Source: Tannerellaceae bacterium (lineage in GTDB: Bacteria > Bacteroidota > Bacteroidia > Bacteroidales > Tannerellaceae). Taken from it: DNA of 64,000 bases. The notes under the pieces are model-generated. The model was given only the letters and a program-made list of their open reading frames with translations, did not search any database and was not told the DNA's origin. The stretch is taken from contig JAJQEE010000112.1 of NCBI GenBank assembly GCA_021201865.1, positions 481 to 64,480 on the forward strand, in the 5' to 3' direction. Shown here piece by piece: positions 30,928 to 41,098 of the stretch. Positions within the stretch are counted from its first letter, which is position 1, and every line of letters begins with the position of its first letter. A program made the translations under genes and the position numbers.

Positions 30928-30960
30928 AACCGGCAGATGTGAGGGCATTTGCCGGTTTTT
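30928..30960 (+). terminator. Hairpin plus T-run in the FecR-SusC spacer, oriented antisense to the operon
   Basis: Stem aaccggca / tgccggtt with a 14-nt loop and then ttt on the plus strand. The flanking genes are on the minus strand. Confidence 0.4.
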
Positions 30961-31011
30961 CCTTTTCAGAGTTATTTCATGGGCTTTTTATTTAAGGGTG
31001 AATACTGTTTT

Positions 31012-31983
31012 TCATTTACTTAATATAATTTCTTTCGTTTCTTCATCCGTAGAGAGTTTGTAGGGGTGAATTTTCTGTATAAGCCGCAGGATTTCCATCA
31101 CTCCGTCCTGTTGCCGGAACTTACCGGTATAGATGTATTGGAATATGTCCGGATGGGTAACATGTATCTTTACATCATAATAGAGTTCGAGTTTTTTTAT
31201 AATCTCTTCCAGTGTCTCTTTCTTAAAGCTATAGATCCCGTCTTTCCAGAGTAGCTGGTCTTTATCGGCGGTTTGGACAAAGCGGAAATCTCCTTTCTCA
31301 TAAAATAACTGCTGGTTGGGGGAAAGTATTTTTCCCTCTGTTTCCGCTTCCGGTTTATACACTTTGATCGCTCCGGAAACCAGCGTGCTGTGCATGGATT
31401 CACTTTGTGGATAGCTATGCACATTGAACTGGGTTCCTAATGCTTTAATGTGTATATGTTCCGTCATCACAATAAACGGTTGATCCGGATTTTGTGCCAC
31501 ATCAAAATAGGCTTCTCCTTCCAGAAAGATCTTTCTTTCTTTTCCGAACAGGGATGGATAGGAAAGAGTAGAACCGGCGTTTAACCAGACGATGGATCCA
31601 TCCGGCAACGTCACCCGTGCCCGTTGTCCGGCAGGAACAAATAATTCCTGTTGAGCTACTAAGGGTGTTTCCGGAATAAGCGTCCGTTGAGCGATCAGCC
31701 AGGTTATTCCGACCAGCAGGCAAATGACTGCTGCATATCCTAAGGACATCCGGATCCATTGCCGGGTTTTCTTTTTTCTTTGATTACGGATAAATCCCTG
31801 GTAGCTTTGCTGTCCCGTCTCCCGGTTAATGTTATCTTTCGTGAGGGTAAACAGGGCAAGCAAATTCTGGTAAGTTGAGATTTCATGTTTCAACTTATCA
31901 TCTTTCAGAGTTTCTTTCAACAGCTCGATCCGTTCTTTTTCGGACAACTCATGTTGAAAATATTTAGAGATTCTCTCATCCAT
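31012..31983 (-). CDS. FecR-family anti-sigma factor
   Basis: 323 aa. TM segment (MSLGYAAVICLLVGITWLI). The FecR domain includes ..VTLPDGSIVWLNAGSTLSY.., ..ALGTQFNV.. and ..LLWKDGIYSFKKETLEEIIKKLELYY... Confidence 0.9.
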   Translation of the reverse strand: MDERISKYFQHELSEKERIELLKETLKDDKLKHEISTYQNLLALFTLTKDNINRETGQQSYQGFIRNQRKKKTRQWIRMSLGYAAVICLLVGITWLIAQRTLIPETPLVAQQELFVPAGQRARVTLPDGSIVWLNAGSTLSYPSLFGKERKIFLEGEAYFDVAQNPDQPFIVMTEHIHIKALGTQFNVHSYPQSESMHSTLVSGAIKVYKPEAETEGKILSPNQQLFYEKGDFRFVQTADKDQLLWKDGIYSFKKETLEEIIKKLELYYDVKIHVTHPDIFQYIYTGKFRQQDGVMEILRLIQKIHPYKLSTDEETKEIILSK

Positions 31984-32156
31984 AGATCCCGGTTATTTAT
32001 AAAGTAAACGAATATGGATTAAAAACCCCTCAAACGAAAACAATCTTTTTTCATTTTTAACCTGAAAAAAATGATGACCAGGATAAAAGAGTCGTATAGA
32101 AATAAACTTCGGTACTAATTAGCGTTCGTTTATAGAAGATGTTAAAGGAAGAGGGA

Positions 32157-32697
32157 TCAGGAAAGCAGAAACATAAGTAACGGAAGATAGTTTTTCAGTT
32201 CCTGGCGAAGTTTCCGGTACGCAATGCCGATCTGGTTTTCTACTGTTTTGGGGGTCAGATTTAATTCCCGGGCAATTTCCTGTTGCTTTTTTCCTTCTAT
32301 TTTGTGTTTAATAAAAAATCAGGCGGCAACGTTCGGGTAGTGTATTCAGTGCTTTTTCAATCACCTCTTCCAGATTATTCTCTTTAAACAGTTCATTGTC
32401 GAGTATATCCAGGGAATTGAATTTCATTTGTAGCGTGAGCAGATATTCCTCCTGGATGCGTTTGGCAGACTCCTGTTCCCTGATGCGCCGTCTGAGAAGA
32501 TCAATGCAGCGATTCCGGATAGTGGTAAATGTGTAGGCAATCAGGTTCGTGTGATGGGTAAGCGTATCATATTTTTCATATAGTTCGGTAAATACCTCCT
32601 GAACAATGTCCTCCGCATCGTTTTCAGAAACTACATATTCACGGGCGAAATGCTTCAGACGTGAATACCATAAGGTATAAAACTCCTGGAACTGCAT
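32157..32697 (-). pseudogene. ECF sigma factor. The frame is broken at A6 run 32313-32318 (T6 on the coding strand).
   Basis: ORF 32308-32697 carries region 2 (DAEDIVQEVFTELY..) up to ..LPERCRLIF. A different frame continues IKHKIEGKKQQEIARELNLTPKTVENQIGIAYRKLRQEL.. to the stop at 32157. Confidence 0.85.
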
Positions 32698-32823
32698 GAC
32701 TAACTGTTTGTTTTTGACAAATGTAGGAAAAAGAGTTTATATACCCTGTCTTTCAGAGAACAATTGAATCTTTCAGGATCAGTATGCTTTCCGGTCCCAT
32801 ATTGAAAAGAAGATCTATAATGC

Positions 32824-33375
32824 TTAAATTAGGAAGAAAGCCATGTTTTTGTCTGAATACCTGATAATAGGGTATGGGGGAAAAGTGGGATCCTCTCCCG
32901 GATGTTTGGGGCGGATGATCTCCCGGAAATCATTGGCGACTTCTGGTTGGTAAATTTCTGTATAACTAATGTGGGGTTGAATATCGATCAGTTCACAAAT
33001 CAATTGTCTTAACTCTTCATTGAAGTCGAACAGAAAATTGTATTTTTTCTCATAGAAAGGCGCAAAGTCCTCTTCATAGTATTCGAAGAATGGACTCATA
33101 TTGTAGGCGGAAATGATCGCATTCCAATGTAAATGTCTCCAGTTGCCATGGTCGGAGATACGGATATCTTTGGTCAGACATTTGACGGTATCCGGTTTTT
33201 CAACAGGAATGGACAAAGATAAAGCTCCGTTGGCTCCGGCAATTGTACAACGATTCCGGTACGATTGTTTAATATAGTTCTCTGCCGTTTCGATGTATAC
33301 TTCAGGGAAGTGGTACAATTTACTATATTGTTGAACGGGACCCAGGTAGGTGGTGGATAGATAGACTGACATCAA
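32824..33375 (-). CDS. WbqC-family protein
   Basis: 183 aa. The N-terminus ..YLSTTYLGPVQQYSKLYHFPEVYIETAENYIKQSYRNRCTI.. resembles the WbqC family. It overlaps the upstream gene by 4 nt. Confidence 0.65.
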   Translation of the reverse strand: MMSVYLSTTYLGPVQQYSKLYHFPEVYIETAENYIKQSYRNRCTIAGANGALSLSIPVEKPDTVKCLTKDIRISDHGNWRHLHWNAIISAYNMSPFFEYYEEDFAPFYEKKYNFLFDFNEELRQLICELIDIQPHISYTEIYQPEVANDFREIIRPKHPGEDPTFPPYPIIRYSDKNMAFFLI

Positions 33376-34232
33376 TGTATAAACTTAAACATACGTTCAT
33401 GATCTTTGCTTAACCAGCAGAACCAGACATTTCCGGTCATATGGTCTGCCGGGATAAATCCCAGATAACGGGAGTCTATGGCATCTTCCGGATTGTCGGA
33501 CAAGACCCAGTAGTAGTCCTGGGAGAAGTGGAAAAAAGTAGTTTCCCTGCCATCCAGAAATAATTTCTGATCCCGGATCACTGCCTGGTCTCCTGTTTCT
33601 CTGCGGATCGCCTCGTGCGCTGCCTGCAGGGTATGAGGATCTAACCGGTAGGAGTGTCCTTTCTTTGGAATGACCAACTTGTAAGCCGGGAACTCTTTCA
33701 TCCGGATCCGGTTACTCTTCTCTCTGGAGATCTCCTCCTGGAGCTGGTATACTTCAAAAGGAGTGAGTGTCAGTTCTGTCTGTTTCCCGGACACGATCCT
33801 GTTACGCAAAGGGATCTCTAATTTCCTGAGGATAGATTCTATCTCAGGAGTAATTTCCTGATCCATCGTGTAAACCAATAAAATGGATGGAGAGAGCGGA
33901 ACCCTGACCTGATTGATCAGATAACCTTCCGGACTAACTTCGATCGTATCACCCGGCATACCAATACAGCGGCTGACAAAGGTGGGGGTAGAAAGTGTAT
34001 CTTTTAATAATGGACTATTAAAAAGAACGATCCGGTTCCGTCCGGGATTTCCTTTGACCGGCAGTTTGTTTACCAACACATAATCCCCCGGATAAAGGGC
34101 ACTTTCCATCGCATGGGTCGAGATCAGATAGGATTGCACACAAAAATATCGTATACCCATAAGCATAGCAGCTACTATCAGGAAAGTAACCAGCCAGTTC
34201 AGGGTCGACGATATTCCATTTTTATGTTGCAT
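33372..34232 (-). CDS. Signal-peptidase-I (S26) paralogue lacking the catalytic Ser/Lys dyad
   Basis: 286 aa. It aligns to the adjacent LepB: ISTHAMESALYPGDYVLVNK vs IPSSSLEKSLLTGDYLFVSK, FVSRCIGMPGD vs YVKRCIGMPGD, and SDNPEDAIDSRYLG vs GDNRHNSADSRAWG. Confidence 0.8.
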   Translation of the reverse strand: MQHKNGISSTLNWLVTFLIVAAMLMGIRYFCVQSYLISTHAMESALYPGDYVLVNKLPVKGNPGRNRIVLFNSPLLKDTLSTPTFVSRCIGMPGDTIEVSPEGYLINQVRVPLSPSILLVYTMDQEITPEIESILRKLEIPLRNRIVSGKQTELTLTPFEVYQLQEEISREKSNRIRMKEFPAYKLVIPKKGHSYRLDPHTLQAAHEAIRRETGDQAVIRDQKLFLDGRETTFFHFSQDYYWVLSDNPEDAIDSRYLGFIPADHMTGNVWFCWLSKDHERMFKFIH

Positions 34233-34253
34233 GTATTCTGTAGAGAGAGACCA

Positions 34254-35648
34254 TTAATCGGCATGTACCATCCGGAAGATCCGGTTCCAGCGGATACCTC
34301 CGTCAAACAGGCTCCGGTCTTTATCCAAAGATAACCAGATCAGGATCGGTTTTCCCACGATATGGTCTTCCGGAACAAATCCCCAGGCACGGCTGTCGGC
34401 ACTGTTATGACGATTGTCACCCATCATGAAGTAATAGTCATATTTGAAGGTGTAGTTAGTCTCCTCTTTTCCGTTAATGAATACCCGGCCATTATTCACC
34501 TCTAATGTATTGTTTTCATAGTTCTTAATACATCTGTGATACAACGCAAGGTTCTTTTCATCCAATGGAATCGATTCTCCTTTTTTAGGGATCCACAGGG
34601 GACCATAATTATCCCGTGTCCAGCCGGTTTCATATTCTACCGGATAAGTAGGACCTCCTAATACTTCCGGTTCAATGATCGTGTTTTTGACGATGGATAG
34701 CTTTTGTGCGATCCCTAATGCTTTTTCCGTGAGCGGTAACCGGTAAACCATATTATATTGTCCGGCACCGTTGGAACTGAACCCCAGGAAGGGTAACAGA
34801 TTCTTATAGTAGGTGTCATTGGAGGCTAACACCCGGTCTTCTTTACTGACATTTAATAACCGGAATTGCTCTTCTGTCAGTGGGCCATCTGTTTCCACAT
34901 AGTAGTTGAACTGCATATGTTCCGGATTTTTTCCCGGCTGTCCGTTTATATAGACCTGATTGTCCCGTATTTCAAACATATCTCCCGGCATACCGATACA
35001 CCGTTTTACATAATTCTCCCGTTTATCCACCGGACGGTAAATAATGTCACCATATACCTGTGGGTTCAGGCGGAGCCGGTCGTATCCATACATTTCCACC
35101 TGTGTGTAATAATCCGGATTCTGGCTTTTCAGGGCAACCGTATCACCGGCTGGAAAGTTAAATACTACAATATCATTGCGTTTGACTGTTCCTGTCCCTT
35201 TCACTCTTTTATAATCCCACTCCGGCCATTCCAGATAGGACTTCGTGTCAAAGAAGGGAAGTGTATTCTGCACTAACGGAAAAGAAAGCGGAGTATTTGG
35301 AATACGGGGCCCGTAACTCAGTTTACTCACAAACAGATAATCACCTGTCAAGAGGGATTTTTCCAGCGAAGAACTGGGAATCTGGTAATTCTGGAAAATA
35401 AAAATATTGATCATGTACACTGCGATCAGGGCGAATAAAATATCGTCTACCCATTCCAGGACATTTCTGACCTGCGGATTTTTAGATCTTTTCCACGCTC
35501 CCCAAGGAACATAATGAGTCAGGAATATGTCTGCAATGACAATCAGTCCCAGTAATAACCACCAGTTCTGCATCCAGATGGTGAACAGGATATATAATAC
35601 AGCAGCAATACTGAATTTGATCCACTGTTTTGAAGTAAATTGCTTCAT
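34254..35648 (-). CDS. lepB: Signal peptidase I
   Basis: 464 aa. S26 boxes are present: SSSLEKSL (nucleophile Ser), YVKRCIGMPGD (general-base Lys) and GDNRHNSADSRAWGFVP. There are N-terminal TM segments. Confidence 0.9.
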   Translation of the reverse strand: MKQFTSKQWIKFSIAAVLYILFTIWMQNWWLLLGLIVIADIFLTHYVPWGAWKRSKNPQVRNVLEWVDDILFALIAVYMINIFIFQNYQIPSSSLEKSLLTGDYLFVSKLSYGPRIPNTPLSFPLVQNTLPFFDTKSYLEWPEWDYKRVKGTGTVKRNDIVVFNFPAGDTVALKSQNPDYYTQVEMYGYDRLRLNPQVYGDIIYRPVDKRENYVKRCIGMPGDMFEIRDNQVYINGQPGKNPEHMQFNYYVETDGPLTEEQFRLLNVSKEDRVLASNDTYYKNLLPFLGFSSNGAGQYNMVYRLPLTEKALGIAQKLSIVKNTIIEPEVLGGPTYPVEYETGWTRDNYGPLWIPKKGESIPLDEKNLALYHRCIKNYENNTLEVNNGRVFINGKEETNYTFKYDYYFMMGDNRHNSADSRAWGFVPEDHIVGKPILIWLSLDKDRSLFDGGIRWNRIFRMVHAD

Positions 35649-35667
35649 CTATCTATTTTTCAAATTA

Positions 35668-36384
35668 TTAAAATTTAAACAGGTCTTCCATTCCCAGAAA
35701 TCCCTTTTTACCGGCTGTGAATTCAGCTGCTACCACCGCTCCCAAAGCAAACCCGGTCCGGCTTTTTGCATCATGTTTAATACTGATATAATCCACCTCA
35801 GATTCGTAAACGACCTCATGAATACCGGGAACCTCTCCCTCCCGGATCGCATGGATCGGAAGATCGGTTGCCTGGTCTGCTTTTCCCAACTGCCAGTTGT
35901 TTTTCCGGCTTATATTCTCGATGATCCCTTCTGCCAGTGTGATCGCTGTGCCGCTGGGAGCATCTAATTTATGGATATGATGGGTTTCTGTCATCTTTAC
36001 ATCGTAATCGGGGAAATTGTTCATGATCTTTGCTAAATATTTGTTTAAAGCAAAGAAAATATTCACCCCTATGCTGAAGTTAGAGGCATAAAAGAAGGTT
36101 TTTCCTTCTTCGGAACACATTTTTTTTATTTCATCCAGATGATCTAACCACCCGGTTGTGCCGGATACGACCGGAACCTGGGCTTCAAAGCATTTCAGGT
36201 AGTTTTCATAGGCAGTTGCCGGCGTGGTAAACTCAATGGCTACATCTGCTTTTTTGAAGTTCTCTGAATGAAAGTCGTCCCGGTTATCAATATCTATAAT
36301 GGATACTATCTGGTGGCCTCTGCTAAGGGCAATCTGTTCGATCGTTTTTCCCATTTTCCCATAGCCGATCAATGCAATGTTCAT
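35668..36384 (-). CDS. dapB: 4-hydroxy-tetrahydrodipicolinate reductase
   Basis: 238 aa. N-terminal Rossmann motif MNIALIGYGKMG and a DapB-like C-terminal domain (..ETHHIHKLDAPSGTA..). Confidence 0.88.
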   Translation of the reverse strand: MNIALIGYGKMGKTIEQIALSRGHQIVSIIDIDNRDDFHSENFKKADVAIEFTTPATAYENYLKCFEAQVPVVSGTTGWLDHLDEIKKMCSEEGKTFFYASNFSIGVNIFFALNKYLAKIMNNFPDYDVKMTETHHIHKLDAPSGTAITLAEGIIENISRKNNWQLGKADQATDLPIHAIREGEVPGIHEVVYESEVDYISIKHDAKSRTGFALGAVVAAEFTAGKKGFLGMEDLFKF

Positions 36385-36439
36385 GATTATATGTTGTATA
36401 AAATAAATATTCAGCTTATTACATAAGATTTTACAACCG

Positions 36440-36447
36440 CAAATATA
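36440..36447 (-). promoter_or_regulatory. TAnnTTTG -7 motif for dapB (minus strand)
   Basis: The reverse complement reads tatatttg, about 56 nt upstream of the dapB ATG at 36384. Confidence 0.35.
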
Positions 36448-36459
36448 AAGAAAATCAAT

Positions 36460-36467
36460 TAGATTTG
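36460..36467 (+). promoter_or_regulatory. TAnnTTTG -7 motif for the DUF2851 gene
   Basis: tagatttg lies 27 nt upstream of the ATG at 36495. Confidence 0.4.
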
Positions 36468-36494
36468 TGGTATAAATCTTAACTCTGAAAAAAC

Positions 36495-37779
36495 ATGGAA
36501 CGTTTATTGCACTATGTCTGGAAATACAGGCTGTATCCGGGCATAACCTTAACCACTACAGATGGAAAACCTGTAACTATCCTGGATCCCGGAATCCACA
36601 ACACACATGCCGGTCCCGACTTTTTTAATGCTAAAGTGAAAATCGAAGAAACCGTATGGGTAGGAGATGTGGAGATACATACGAAAGCTTCTGACTGGCA
36701 CCATCATAAACATAGTCTGGACAAACGGTATGACTCCATTATTCTGCATGTTGTGGAAATAGACGACAGACAGATCACCCGGATAAATGGGGAAAGCATT
36801 CCACAGCTCGTGATAGAGATCCCGGAAGAGGTCCGGAGAAGTGCTGAATGGTTGGTGTCCCGGGAAACTTCTGTCCCTTGCCTGAATCAACTAAGATCTT
36901 TTGAGTCTGTTCATTTGTATACCTGGTTAGATGCCCTGTTGGGTGAACGCCTGCAAAGAAAAATAGGTGATATTTTCCGGTTGTTGGAGGAATATCAGCA
37001 TGACTGGAATGAGGTGTTCTACATTATCCTGACCCGTAATTTTGGTTTAGGGGTCAATAGTGACGCTTTTGAATGGCTGGCCCGAAGCCTCCCTCTAAAA
37101 TATATCCGGAAACAACGGGGGCCTCTTCACAGGTAGAGGCGATGTTCTTCGGACAGGCGGGTATGTTAGAGGAGACCTATGACTGTCATTATTTCAAATT
37201 GTTACAGCAGGAATATCGTTTCCTCCGGTATAAATTTGATCTCAAACCTTTGGAAAGCTCTTTATATAAAAGCCTCCGGATACGCCCCTCTAATTTTCCG
37301 CAGGTGAAGATCGCACAGCTTTCTGCTCTGTGGAGCCGGTATGATACACTCTTTTCCATGATATTGGAGGCGGGTAATCTCCGGCAGATCAAGAGCCTTT
37401 TGCGGGTCCCACCTTCTGATTACTGGGAAACTCATTATCATTTTCACCAGGTCTCTGCTAAAAAGGAAAAGCTGTTGGGAGAACAGACCTTAAATATCAT
37501 GTTGACCAATACCGTAGTCCCGATGCTATTTGCTTATGGCTACCAGAATAACCTGACTGAATATACAGACCGCGCGATTGAGATATTGGAGCGGTTGCCA
37601 GCCGAAAAAACAGGATTATTTCCCTGTTTGACCAGGCAGGGATCGTGGCCAGGCATGCCGGAGATACGCAATCGATTATTCAATTAAAGCGGGAATATTG
37701 TGAAAAGGGGAAATGCCTGTTTTGCCGGATTGGTTTTCAATTGTTAAAACGATGCTGTCAAAATGGGGAAAATCCTTGA
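36495..37779 (+). pseudogene. DUF2851-family protein. The frame is broken twice (G5 run 37117-37121 and A6 run 37605-37610).
   Basis: N-terminus MERLLHYVWKYRLY..GIHNTHAGPDFFNAKVKI..VEIHTKASDWHHHKH. The second frame continues ..ASSQVEAMFFGQAGML... The third frame gives ..NRIISLFDQAGIVARHAGDTQSIIQLKREYCEKGKCLFCRIG.. to the stop at 37777-37779. Confidence 0.8.
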
Positions 37780-37940
37780 TAATCATTTAAAACAATCGGG
37801 TGATGTAGGTGAGATTCACCGGATTTTCTATATTTTTGCTTTCTCGTTTTTATGCTTATGCAGACGATGAGAATAGGTATTGGGTTGAAAGTAAGATTCG
37901 AACATCTCACCTGGCAGGGATGTTGTTAAAGATTGATCGG

Positions 37941-39809
37941 ATGAAATATAAATATATGAGAAGGTTTTTAGGAGTATGCATGGTGATCTCATTATGGGTG
38001 TTAGTACATTCGTGTGCTAACATGGCCACACCAAACGGTGGGCCTTATGATGAAGATCCTCCTAGATTTATTAGCAGTACGCCTGCTCCTAATGAAACTA
38101 ATTTCCGCGGAAAGAAGATTGAAATACTCTTTGACGAATTGATCCAGATCGAGAATCCGAATGAGAATGTCATTATTACTCCTCCCCAGTTGCAGCTTCC
38201 GGTTATCCGGGCAGCAGGGAAAAAGGTAGTGGTAGAGTTGAAAGATACGTTGATGGATAATACCACCTATACGATTGACTTTACCAACTCCATCGCTGAC
38301 AACAATGAAAAAAATGTGTTGGAGAATTTCTCTTTCGCTTTTGCTACCGGAGAAATAATTGACTCCCTCGAAATATCCGGTATTTTGCTGAACGCGGAAA
38401 ATCTGGAACCGATGCCATCCGTTACGATCGGTCTTCACCAGAACCTCGAGGACTCCGCCTTTGTGAAAGATATATTCATCCGGACTTCGCGGACGAATGA
38501 AAAAGGACAGTTCACGATCCGGAATATTGCTCCCGGAACCTACCGGATCTATGCCTTGAACGATTTAAACCGGGACTACCGGTTTGACCAGCCCGGTGAA
38601 GATATCGCTTTTGGTGATTCGCTGATCGTTCCCTCTTTTGAATATACCAGCAGACAGGATACTATCTGGCAGGACTCCTTGACAGTAGACACAGTCTATA
38701 CCATACAATATACCCGTTTTCTACCGGATGACATCCTTTTACGTCTGTTCAAAGAGGAATTCCAGCGACAGTATATGCTTCGCCCGGAAAGGACAGTGGC
38801 TAACCGTTTTACGTTACGGTTCAATGCTCCTCTGGATGAAATTCCGGATCCTGTTCCTTTGAACTTTACACCTCCGGATCCTGTTTGGTATTTTCCCCAG
38901 TTAACGGAAGAGGGGAAATCGGTTCATTACTGGATTATGGATTCAACGGTCTGGGCACGGGATACTTTGCAGTTTGAAGTGAATTATCTGAAAAGTGATT
39001 CATTGAATATACTGCAACCTCAACTGGATACGGTCACAGTCGCTATGCGTCAGCGACCGGCTGATAACAGGAAAAAGAAAAAAGAGGAGGAGGAACCGCT
39101 CATCCTGTTAGGAATGAATATTGATGCATCGGGAACGAAAGATATGACGGATACGATCTCGATCGTCTTTGATGAACCGGTGCTGGACCTGACATCGGAT
39201 CTTTTCTACCTGAGTATACAAGAAGATACGCTCTGGGTTCCTATTGAGTTTGACTTTTTCCCGAATGAAGAGGATCCAATGACTTTCCATATTCTGCGGC
39301 GGTGGAATTACGGAGAGGCGTATAAATTAGAAGTCGATTCGGCTACGATCTTTAGTTTGTATGGGAAGTGGAATGATGCGTATGAGGGAGAGTTTAAGAT
39401 CCGGAATGAAGATGAATATGGCCACTTGTATATCAATATCACCGGTGTGGAACCTCCGGCATTTGTGGAATTGCTTAATTCCAGTGATGCACCTATCCGG
39501 AAAGCCGTACTGAAAGATGGCGGGGTTCTCTTTATGGATCTTAAACCGGCTAAATATTATGCCCGGATCATTCTGGACCGGAATGAAAATGGGGTTTGGG
39601 ATACCGGTAATTATGCGGAAAAACTCCAGCCCGAAGAGGTGTTCTATTATCCGAAAGAGTTCGATATTAAACAGAACTGGCAGGTGGAAGAATACTGGAA
39701 TGTCAACGAGACCCCGTTACCTAATCAGAAACCGTTGGATATAACAAAAAATAAGCCCAAAGAGGTGACGCAAAGAAATAGAGATTACAGAAATGAAGGT
39801 AGGAGATAA
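37941..39809 (+). CDS. Ig-like (Big_5/SbsA-type) domain lipoprotein, conserved Bacteroidetes protein of unknown function
   Basis: The ORF is open from 37809. The likely start is MKYKYMRRFLGVCMVISLWVLVHSC (lipobox) at 37941. The N-terminal ..TPNGGPYDEDPPRFISSTPAPNETNF..IEILFDE.. is typical of this family. A TAnnTTTG motif (tatttttg) lies at 37831-37838. Confidence 0.7.
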   Translation: MKYKYMRRFLGVCMVISLWVLVHSCANMATPNGGPYDEDPPRFISSTPAPNETNFRGKKIEILFDELIQIENPNENVIITPPQLQLPVIRAAGKKVVVELKDTLMDNTTYTIDFTNSIADNNEKNVLENFSFAFATGEIIDSLEISGILLNAENLEPMPSVTIGLHQNLEDSAFVKDIFIRTSRTNEKGQFTIRNIAPGTYRIYALNDLNRDYRFDQPGEDIAFGDSLIVPSFEYTSRQDTIWQDSLTVDTVYTIQYTRFLPDDILLRLFKEEFQRQYMLRPERTVANRFTLRFNAPLDEIPDPVPLNFTPPDPVWYFPQLTEEGKSVHYWIMDSTVWARDTLQFEVNYLKSDSLNILQPQLDTVTVAMRQRPADNRKKKKEEEEPLILLGMNIDASGTKDMTDTISIVFDEPVLDLTSDLFYLSIQEDTLWVPIEFDFFPNEEDPMTFHILRRWNYGEAYKLEVDSATIFSLYGKWNDAYEGEFKIRNEDEYGHLYINITGVEPPAFVELLNSSDAPIRKAVLKDGGVLFMDLKPAKYYARIILDRNENGVWDTGNYAEKLQPEEVFYYPKEFDIKQNWQVEEYWNVNETPLPNQKPLDITKNKPKEVTQRNRDYRNEGRR

Positions 39810-40671
39810 CTATCCGGAAACTCTTTTAAAGAAGAGAGACCGTTTTAAAATATATATTTGTATATGCCTGTTTTGGTTGCCATTCCTGGTGACTCAGACA
39901 GATGCCCAGTGCGCTTTAAATAAAAAAGTTTTTCATGCCGGGGAGCAAATCAGTTATGATATTTATTTTAAATGGGGATTGTTGATGCCCAAGGCCGGAC
40001 AGGCCAATTTTGTGATAAAACGTACCCCCTACGAACAACACAATTCATGGAATTATAATCTGATCTTCCGGACCAATGGGATTTTTGAGAAAATCTATAA
40101 AATGCGGGATACGCTGGAATGTTTCTTTACTCCCAACCATCAGTTGCTTTTTAGCTCCAAAAGAACCACCGAAGGAGGACGCTACATGGTAGAAAATATA
40201 ACCTTTACGAATAAGGGGAATAAAACCCAGTCGCATACTCACCGGTATAATCTGGAGTCTACCCGGATCGATACGACGATTATCACGGATGGGTGTGTAT
40301 ATGATATGATGGCCGGGGTCATGTTTTTACGGACGATAGACTGGAGTAATATACAGCGTGGACAGGAATTTGCTACTAAGGTCGCTATAGGACGGGACAT
40401 CGTGAATATGAGTTTCCGGTATGTCGGCCAGGCAATTGTAGAGAGAAATGAAAATTTAAAATATCGTACCCGGCATTTCTATATTGATATCTATGATGAT
40501 GCCTTTACGCAAAGCAAAGAAGCCGCAGAAGTCTGGATAGGGGATGATGATAATCATCTTCCGGTGAAGATAAAGGCTAAGCTGAAGATCGGAGCTGCAG
40601 AAGTCTATTATAATTCTTCTTCTAATCTGCAATATCCGTTGACTTCCCGCATAGAGATCCCGAAACGCTAA
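39793..40671 (+). CDS. Conserved hypothetical secreted protein (DUF3108-like)
   Basis: 292 aa. Signal-like ..IYICICLFWLPFLVTQTDAQ. It overlaps the upstream gene by 17 nt. The family name is tentative. Confidence 0.5.
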   Translation: MKVGDNYPETLLKKRDRFKIYICICLFWLPFLVTQTDAQCALNKKVFHAGEQISYDIYFKWGLLMPKAGQANFVIKRTPYEQHNSWNYNLIFRTNGIFEKIYKMRDTLECFFTPNHQLLFSSKRTTEGGRYMVENITFTNKGNKTQSHTHRYNLESTRIDTTIITDGCVYDMMAGVMFLRTIDWSNIQRGQEFATKVAIGRDIVNMSFRYVGQAIVERNENLKYRTRHFYIDIYDDAFTQSKEAAEVWIGDDDNHLPVKIKAKLKIGAAEVYYNSSSNLQYPLTSRIEIPKR

Positions 40672-40680
40672 TGAAATGTA

Positions 40681-41088
40681 TTATAGCAGCGGATCAAATG
40701 GGAGAGGTGTCTCTTTTCTATATCCGGTCCCGTTAAAAGTAGCTATTAACTCTCCTTCCTCATTGGTGATCTGCACTTCACAATTGGAAAGGCGTTTGTG
40801 ATCGAACACCTCCTTTGCTTCCGCATAGAGATACCCTTTGCTTTCCGCTTTAAAAAAATTCACAGTAGACGTAATAGATAAGGTCATTTTCGCATGGCTG
40901 TTCGTCGCAGCAGCGAATGCCAGGTCTGCTAAGGTAAAGATTGCTCCGCCCTGGCAAACACCACCCCCATTCAGGTGCATCGGTTTGATCTCCAGCCGGG
41001 CTTTTGCATATCCCTTTTTTACCTCCAGCAGTTCTATTCCGGCAAAAAGGGCGAATGAATCGCCCTTTAAAAAATCCTGTATAGTCAT
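40681..41088 (-). CDS. PaaI-family (hotdog-fold) thioesterase
   Basis: 135 aa. ..HLNGGGVCQGGAIFTLADLAFAAA.. is typical of PaaI / 4HBT-type thioesterases. Confidence 0.8.
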   Translation of the reverse strand: MTIQDFLKGDSFALFAGIELLEVKKGYAKARLEIKPMHLNGGGVCQGGAIFTLADLAFAAATNSHAKMTLSITSTVNFFKAESKGYLYAEAKEVFDHKRLSNCEVQITNEEGELIATFNGTGYRKETPLPFDPLL

Positions 41089-41098
41089 ATAAGGGGAA

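Noticed and set aside
37895-37903. The tRNA-like T-loop string gattcgaac upstream of the Ig-like lipoprotein gene.
   Set aside because: The flanking sequence cannot form acceptor, D and anticodon arms. It lies in the 5' leader, inside the alternative upstream ORF extension.
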